A stretch of DNA of 32,000 bases from contig NC_014148.1 in NCBI RefSeq assembly GCF_000092105.1, forward strand, positions 4,110,001 through 4,142,000, given 5' to 3'. Positions 26,953-32,000 of this stretch are shown here, piece after piece (position 1 is the first letter of the stretch; every line of letters begins with the position of its first letter). The DNA comes from Planctopirus limnophila DSM 3776 (GTDB lineage: Bacteria > Planctomycetota > Planctomycetia > Planctomycetales > Planctomycetaceae). Made by a program: the position numbers and the translations under genes. Under the pieces are notes generated by a model. It saw only the letters and a list, made by a program, of their open reading frames with translations, ran no database searches and was not told the origin of the DNA.

Positions 26953-27048
26953 AGACCGCTGGACAGCGGGAATCGTGATGGCGATCAGCAGGCCAATGAC
27001 TCCCATCGCAACAAGCAGTTCGATCAATGTGTAGCCGGGGCGATTCAT
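26953..27048 (-). pseudogene. DUF1559 gene stub (only leader plus pilin-like helix retained)
   Basis: MNRPGYTLIELLVAMGVIGLLIAITIPAVQRS is near-identical at the DNA level to the 5' end of 23278-24258. Similarity stops abruptly near 26950. Its ATG overlaps the paralog 4 stop as ATGA, and the reading frame runs on without a stop into P1. Confidence 0.6.
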
Positions 27049-28064
27049 ACCGAGACTCTTTTCCAGCCCAGCCAGATAGCGATAACGAAACATCCTGCGA
27101 CCGCCCACCACCACCAGCTCATGCGTCGTGAGATCCCCTCCGGTTCTGGCAAGCCGTAATAAGTTAAATACGCCTGTTCCTTGGGGAAGGGTGCGTCCCA
27201 GTTGCCAACGTTTAATTCTGCTGTCTCGCTGGGAACGTCTTTGATGGCAATTCTCCACAATTGCCATGCCTCAAATCTCAACGGAATTGTTAAATCGCCG
27301 ACCTTACTCCACTGACTATACGCAAAAGAAAGGGGTCTTACATATTCTTTTCCGTCGAGTGTATATTTCAATTCAAAATCCATTCGCGCAGGGCCAGACG
27401 GTTCTGACTTCCTGAAATACAGTCGTGCCGATGGAGGAAAGTCGATCGGCCCCTTGCCTATCCTTTGCTCTTCTGAAGCTTCGGGCAAAGCGACATCCAG
27501 CACATCTACATCTTCGCCATTCCAGTTCTCCGTCCACGTTTTTGTGATGGAAACACCAGGTTCTTTCAGACGATTGCGAATACCTACATTTGTACCAGAA
27601 TGCTGAGAGAGCATCGCTTTGGGGTTGACCGTCAGTTCCGGCGGATGATTTCGCCCTGGCGACAGCCTTTTGACGACCCAGCGACCATTATCGATTTTTT
27701 GCAGCATAGCGGCATACTCTGGATTACAGATCACGAGCCTGGTTATTGTACTAGTTGCACCAGTAGGCGAGGGAGACTCACAGACATAATACCCTGGTTG
27801 GAACTTGTAACGCCCGATGGTGGTAGCGACTCGCTGATCCTGCGGATTCTCCGGATCCAGACGAATGGTGCGTTTCACCTCAAGCTGGAAACGATCCGGA
27901 AGTTCCGGAAGCTTCCAGCGATCCTCAATTATTGCTGGAGCCCACTTTCCAGAATTTATGGATTCGCCGGGCGCCGCCACTCCGACAGCGAAAAACTGGA
28001 AAAACAAAAAAGTCCAAAGCACTTGTCGTAGTCTCAATCGAATTCCGACAGACAACCTGGACAT
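27045..28064 (-). CDS. Secreted protein with PEP-CTERM-like C-terminal tail (tail-anchored paralog 4)
   Basis: The 339-aa ORF starts with ATG and has a signal peptide (...FFQFFAVGVAAPG). The C-terminus is YLTYYGLPEPEGISRRMSWWWWAVAGCFVIAIWLGWKRVSV. It shares internal blocks with paralog 2, for example WKLPELPDRFQ versus WKIPGLPDKFQ, and NPEYAAMLQKIDNGRWVVKRL versus NSHYGALLRRVNNDRWVLKKL. Confidence 0.7.
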   Translation of the reverse strand: MSRLSVGIRLRLRQVLWTFLFFQFFAVGVAAPGESINSGKWAPAIIEDRWKLPELPDRFQLEVKRTIRLDPENPQDQRVATTIGRYKFQPGYYVCESPSPTGATSTITRLVICNPEYAAMLQKIDNGRWVVKRLSPGRNHPPELTVNPKAMLSQHSGTNVGIRNRLKEPGVSITKTWTENWNGEDVDVLDVALPEASEEQRIGKGPIDFPPSARLYFRKSEPSGPARMDFELKYTLDGKEYVRPLSFAYSQWSKVGDLTIPLRFEAWQLWRIAIKDVPSETAELNVGNWDAPFPKEQAYLTYYGLPEPEGISRRMSWWWWAVAGCFVIAIWLGWKRVSV

Positions 28065-28094
28065 CTCAACCCTTATCTTGAATATGTATGGACA

Positions 28095-28127
28095 ACATTT
28101 CCGCAGTCTAACTATCTGCGGAAATGT
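28095..28127. other. Perfect 12-bp stem-loop between P2 and paralog 4
   Basis: The string is ACATTTCCGCAG-tctaactat-CTGCGGAAATGT. It lies 70 nt after the P2 stop and 30 nt before the paralog 4 ATG, and has no U-tract. Confidence 0.5.
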
Positions 28128-28196
28128 CGTAGGGATCAGGTCAGGAGAAAACAGCTTTTAAAATCATCTATTTTTGTAAATGAAGAATGCTTATTG

Positions 28197-28510
28197 CTAA
28201 CTCGCCCGGCAATAGCATAACGTGGCGTTTTCTGGCGAAGTCGGAAGAACGGCGCAGTCGCAATCTGTTCGGGGAGGAATGGCGGCTCCACAAATATTAG
28301 GATCACCCACATGACAACTATTGTTCATCCCACTGAAGGGGAAACCCCTTTGATTACAATGATATGAAGGGTTTTTACATGAAGGATTATCATAAGTCGT
28401 TGGATCATCGCCAGGTTCTTCGTTCACAGGATCATCGGCGGAGACGCTCGCAATCAGTGCGATCGCACAGACACAGAGATAAATCCAGATAGTGAGAAGA
28501 GTCTTTTCAT
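28197..28510 (-). pseudogene. Small secreted 8-cysteine protein (P2), start separated from body by an apparent 1-nt frameshift
   Basis: The body frame (GTG ORF 28197-28427) extends upstream without a stop as ...TLLTIWIYLCVCAIALIASVSA|DDPVNEEP, a good signal peptide. The only ATG (28508-28510, preceded by AGGAAA) is one frame off. One extra A in ATGAAAAGACT would give MKKTLLTIW.... The Cys pattern matches P1. Confidence 0.55.
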
Positions 28511-28547
28511 GCGTTTTCCTTTAATTTCCAGAACATTCCGAACACAT

Positions 28548-29612
28548 CTAGCGAACAGGATCACCTGTCAGCTTCTCTACACTGGCCTCATTCAACTTCT
28601 CGGCAATGGTCGCATGTGGTGGCGAGTCTCGAACCACCGAAAAAGAAAGCCGCTCCTGGCGCAGGCGCTGTTGATGGAGCTTTGTCGTGTTGACCGTTTC
28701 AGTCGCGGGCTGTGCCTCGGCGAAGGGACTTTGAATCGGGCCGGGAGACTTGACCGCATTCAGCTCGTTGAACGAAGAAGAGTTGACGAGTTCTGCTCCA
28801 TTGTGAGACTCATCGCCAACAAATAACGCCAGAGAGCCATCGCCCCGCTGGGCATGCGGAAAAAGTTTTAACTTCATTTCCAGGAAAATGGTCTCCTGGG
28901 CGGGAATGACGAGCGGAATCGGTGTCACGAGAATGATGCCGCAAACAGATTCTTTACCGACGATCGCCACAGGTGTGCTGCGCACATTGCGGACAGGGAT
29001 GCGGGCCTCGACCCATTCCACCGAGGGTTCAATCGGCGTGGCGGGGATGGGGTGATGACTGCTGGTAAGTGCCTGTGCTGAGATCGCATGCGGCCAACTG
29101 ATCGATAACGCCAGCACCATGGCAAGAACCATCAGCGTGACCATGAGGAGCGATTCTCCCGCTGCTCGGGCCACCGGTCGTAACAGGCTTCCCGTGTGAG
29201 GCCTCGAAACGATGGCACACAGATAGGAGACCGCAATGATGCTGACATCGAGAATCACGATACTCCACGGGCGAAAGCTCAGTTTTCCGAAGCAGCCGCA
29301 GGTCGTTTCCCCCGCGAGAGCTGCCGAGAGTGCAAAAACTGCCAGGATCGTCATCAGGAGTGCCGCCAGGATCCAGACCTCGCGGGATCGAAAGTTGGTC
29401 AGAACCAGAGTGGCGACAAAGACGAGGATTGAGACCGAAAAGAGCTCAAAAGCGGTCGTACTCGAGGCTGGCTCGAAATAGAGCAGATCGTGCAGTGACT
29501 GATACGATTTCAAAGCGGCTGAGAGTATCAGCAGACCGCTGATCAGCACGGAGGCCAGCTTGGGAATAACGCCGAGTTCGGGCCAGAAGGCAGACGCTGC
29601 GCGCAGATCCAT
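28548..29612 (-). CDS. MauE/DoxX-like polytopic membrane protein (CGCFG motif) fused to a DUF1573-like C-terminal domain
   Basis: The 354-aa ORF starts with ATG. By eye it has about five hydrophobic helices, with CGCFG (29286-29300) just after helix 3, as I recall for MauE/DoxX redox-associated membrane proteins. The C-terminal ~150 aa have a beta-rich pattern (VEARIPVRNVRSTPVAIVGKESVCGIILVTPIPLVIPAQETIFLEMKLKL) resembling DUF1573. Confidence 0.65.
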   Translation of the reverse strand: MDLRAASAFWPELGVIPKLASVLISGLLILSAALKSYQSLHDLLYFEPASSTTAFELFSVSILVFVATLVLTNFRSREVWILAALLMTILAVFALSAALAGETTCGCFGKLSFRPWSIVILDVSIIAVSYLCAIVSRPHTGSLLRPVARAAGESLLMVTLMVLAMVLALSISWPHAISAQALTSSHHPIPATPIEPSVEWVEARIPVRNVRSTPVAIVGKESVCGIILVTPIPLVIPAQETIFLEMKLKLFPHAQRGDGSLALFVGDESHNGAELVNSSSFNELNAVKSPGPIQSPFAEAQPATETVNTTKLHQQRLRQERLSFSVVRDSPPHATIAEKLNEASVEKLTGDPVR

Positions 29613-29813
29613 GAAGTACTCCCAGGGAGAGGTGAGTCTTGGATCAAATGCTCGCCAGCGCTGTGAGCAATGAACTCATGGACGCTAACGGTGTTAGTAA
29701 GCACCGTCAATAAAAATCTTTGATCTCATTAAGAGCTTCCCTTTCAGCGGCTGAAGCTGATTAAACCGCTACAACGACCCGGCGTTTGATGGCTCGGCGT
29801 TTGACGACAGGCC

Positions 29814-30770
29814 TCACACCAGATACCGCGAGGCACCTTGTTTCAATAGCAGGTGGGCCACGTTCGCCCCGAGTTCATGAGCGGCATCAAGAGCGTTCCC
29901 ACTGCCATATTGAGAAAGTGGCCCTTGCATCGAACTTGCAGCCGCTAACGTTTCAGAACCATCGGGTGCGATGAGAATCGCTTCCAGATGGAGAGTTTCG
30001 GGCGACTTCCACGAAGCCCAGGTCCCCACGGGAGCATGACAACCCGCTTCCAATGTACGCAAGACGGCACGTTCGGCATCAACAGCCAGTCGTGTCTGGC
30101 GATCTTCCAATTGGCTGACCCAGCGGATCGTCGCTTCATCCCCGTGGCGGCATTCTAATCCCAGGGCACCTTGACCAGCCGCTGGAAACATCGTGGGGGG
30201 GGCAAGAATCAGCGAGATGCGATCACTCCAGCCCAGGCGGGATAATCCAGCCACTGCCAGAATCAGTCCTTCGTACTCACCGGCATCGAGCTTTCTGATG
30301 CGCGTGTCGAGGTTGCCGCGAACTTCGGAGCAAACAAGATCGGGGCGAATTCTCAAGAGCTGTGCCTGCCGGCGCGGGCTGCCGGTCCCGATCCGTGCGC
30401 CACGAGGCAACATGGCGAGTGAAGCGGGGCCGGAATGACCTGTGGGTAACAGCAGCGCATCGGCCACCGGTGCTCGCGCGGGGACAGCGGCGAGTTCCAG
30501 CCCGGCTGTGGGGACAGTCGGCAGATCTTTCAGGCTGTGAACAGCAATATCCGCTCGGCCTTCGAGTAATGCCGCCTGAACTTCGCGAGTAAAGACGCCC
30601 TGCCCGCCAAACTGACGCAAAGGCTCCCCCTGAACTCGATCACCCGTCGTGGTGACATGCACGAGTTCGACTGTGAGTTCAGGATCCAGCGATCGTAACG
30701 AATCCGCAACAAAGTTGGCCTGCCAGAGTGCAAGCTGACTCGCACGCGTGGCAATTCGAAGTACAGGCAT
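29814..30770 (-). CDS. hemC: Hydroxymethylbilane synthase (porphobilinogen deaminase)
   Basis: RIATRASQLALWQA and AVHSLKDLPT are present, along with the cofactor-cysteine context LEAGCHAPVG. The length is 318 aa. Confidence 0.93.
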   Translation of the reverse strand: MPVLRIATRASQLALWQANFVADSLRSLDPELTVELVHVTTTGDRVQGEPLRQFGGQGVFTREVQAALLEGRADIAVHSLKDLPTVPTAGLELAAVPARAPVADALLLPTGHSGPASLAMLPRGARIGTGSPRRQAQLLRIRPDLVCSEVRGNLDTRIRKLDAGEYEGLILAVAGLSRLGWSDRISLILAPPTMFPAAGQGALGLECRHGDEATIRWVSQLEDRQTRLAVDAERAVLRTLEAGCHAPVGTWASWKSPETLHLEAILIAPDGSETLAAASSMQGPLSQYGSGNALDAAHELGANVAHLLLKQGASRYLV

Positions 30771-30896
30771 GGGAAGGTCATTCTCAGCAAATTAAGACCG
30801 TGTGACCGGTGGAATACTGGAAACAGTGTAATCGAGTTCGGCAGGATTGTCCGTTGTCGCTGAAATGATCACAGGGAAAAGGGGGTTCGAATCGAC

Positions 30897-31721
30897 TCAG
30901 ATGGGCGGGATCGATGAGGCCTCATCTTGAGGATGTGGGGTATGCTGTTGTCCGATTCCGCGACCCCAGACAGCCACCGCCACCGGGCCTGAGCCGCTGG
31001 CTTGCAAGGCGCGAATGCAATCGTTGGCTGTACTGCCTGTCGTGAGGACATCGTCGACCAGCAGGACTCTCTGGCTGGTGAAGCGTGTTCGCCAGCCAGC
31101 CCGGTGAGCCAGACGAATGTTTTTCCGCCGCTCTTTCCCGGAAAGCTGATGCTGCGGGATGGTGCGTCGTGGCTTTCGCAAAGCCCTCAATAGGAGCCTC
31201 GCTCGCAGCCGCTGGCTGATCAGCAGAGCCAGTTCATCGGTGGGAATGCGACTTCTCGTCAGTCGATCAATCCACTGCACGGGAACAGGGATCACCAGAT
31301 CGGGCTGCCACGCAATCATCGCAGGGCCGTGGATCTCCCAGAGGAGTTCCGTCAATCCTTGAATCAAAGCGAGATCTCCCTGCTTGGCGCGAGAGATTGC
31401 GTGTGAGAGGGGTGGTTCGTAATTCCCGATCGACCAGACATGCTGCATGTCGAGCCGGTCGTGGCGGCAATGAATGCAGCCTTCGCTGGTGGCCGAATAA
31501 GGCCCGACAACAGCACCACATCGCGGGCAGTACCAAGCACTGGCGGCATGCAACTGCTGGCGACAGTCGTGGCAGAATGAACCGCCCGCATGACTCGTCG
31601 ATGGCTCGCTTTCCTGATGGCAAAGAGCACATGCCGGAGGAAAAAGCCAATCACGCAACGTGCGGCTCCAGCCGTGCAGTCGTGGGTTGGTGAGTTTCGG
31701 GTGCTGAGGGGTTTGATCCAT
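30897..31721 (-). CDS. ComF family protein (phosphoribosyltransferase domain with N-terminal Cys-rich zinc-finger)
   Basis: N-terminal Cys pairs are CALC...CHDC...CPRC...CIHC, and the C-terminal PRPP-binding motif is RVLLVDDVLTTGST. I prefer the ATG at 31721; the ORF-track start at 31757 is a TTG. Confidence 0.8.
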   Translation of the reverse strand: MDQTPQHPKLTNPRLHGWSRTLRDWLFPPACALCHQESEPSTSHAGGSFCHDCRQQLHAASAWYCPRCGAVVGPYSATSEGCIHCRHDRLDMQHVWSIGNYEPPLSHAISRAKQGDLALIQGLTELLWEIHGPAMIAWQPDLVIPVPVQWIDRLTRSRIPTDELALLISQRLRARLLLRALRKPRRTIPQHQLSGKERRKNIRLAHRAGWRTRFTSQRVLLVDDVLTTGSTANDCIRALQASGSGPVAVAVWGRGIGQQHTPHPQDEASSIPPI

Positions 31722-31880
31722 ACACGGGATTCCACAATGCAGCGGTGGCTCTCGCAATCAAAATTTGCCGATGGCTGGCGGTTTCGCTCGCGATGGATCG
31801 GCACACGCTACAATTCACTGGGAACAAATCGGGGTTCAACACCAGGCGACTTCGCCGGGGAGAGCAATCACTGTGGAGCG

Positions 31881-32000
31881 AGTGACAATTGTGGGTGGCG
31901 GGCTGGCAGGCATGGCGGCTGCCGCTGCGCTGGTGCATCACCAGGTGCCCATCAGGCTCCTCGAATCCCGTCCACGACTGGGTGGCCGGGCAAGTTCTTT
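31881..32000 (+). CDS. FAD-dependent oxidoreductase, 5' partial (amine oxidase / HpnE / protoporphyrinogen-oxidase-like)
   Basis: The frame is open to the window end and reads VTIVGGGLAGMAAAAALVHHQVPIRLLESRPRLGGRASSF. That is a GxGxxG dinucleotide-binding fold followed by the E-x-R-x2-GGR pattern. The start is uncertain: GTG 31872, GTG 31881 or ATG 31737. Confidence 0.55.

Noticed and set aside
26560-27267. Single 235-aa ORF
   Set aside because: It is a composite of three parts: an alternative-frame read of the paralog 4 tail (27049-27267), the DUF1559 stub (26953-27048) and the P1 mini-protein, which has its own RBS-like sequence and ATG at 26862. I split it into separate features.
21166-28064. 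Possible CRISPR array or mobile element explaining the repeated sequence blocks
   Set aside because: The repeats are long, diverged and lie within paralogous protein-coding genes, not short regularly spaced direct repeats. No cas, transposase, integrase, terminal inverted repeats or flanking tRNA were seen.
28131-28156. SRP-RNA-like string caggtcaggagaaaacagc
   Set aside because: It shows only a short resemblance to the conserved SRP RNA domain IV sequence. There is no complementary 5' arm or extended helix around it.
30876-30900. tRNA-like GGGGGTTCGAATCGACTC string, and a similar GGTTCGAACC at about 658-668
   Set aside because: The TTCGAAT T-loop-like sequence lacks a complementary T-stem and any acceptor or anticodon arm context. 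The second instance is inside the nrdJ CDS. I found no tRNA genes in the window.

Overview
This 32-kb window reads like a Planctomycetota (Planctomycetaceae-like) chromosome segment, with moderate GC by eye and almost every gene on the minus strand. That taxon call is inferred from the prepilin-type DUF1559/H-X9-DG paralogs and general gene style. The housekeeping backbone has clear family signatures: class II B12-dependent ribonucleotide reductase (nrdJ), an SDR oxidoreductase, an Rrf2 regulator followed by a sulfate ABC importer operon (sbp-cysT-cysW-cysA), an N-terminally extended amidohydrolase, trpB-trpA, pyrH, tsf, rpsB, hemC, a ComF-type phosphoribosyltransferase and the 5' end of an FAD oxidoreductase. 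Several hypothetical genes are also present: two Zn-ribbon proteins, a lipoprotein and small ORFs. The region most worth a second look is an 8.4-kb co-directional accessory cluster at 21166-29612. It holds four paralogous ~340-aa secreted proteins that all end in a near-invariant PEP-CTERM-like tail (YLTYYGLPEPEG, a Trp-rich block, a TM helix, then basic residues). Each of these is, or once was, translationally coupled to a DUF1559 pseudopilin-like gene. The cluster also holds two paralogous secreted 8-cysteine mini-proteins and a MauE/DoxX-like CGCFG membrane protein with a DUF1573-like C-terminal domain. It shows signs of recent flux: two homopolymer frameshifts, a DUF1559 stub and gene-conversion-like identity tracts. 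Three families of short structured intergenic repeats and several long perfect hairpins are also present. I saw no rRNA, tRNA, CRISPR array, transposase or integrase. All family assignments come from motif recognition by eye, with no database search run. Hand-counted coordinates of small elements may be off by a base or two.
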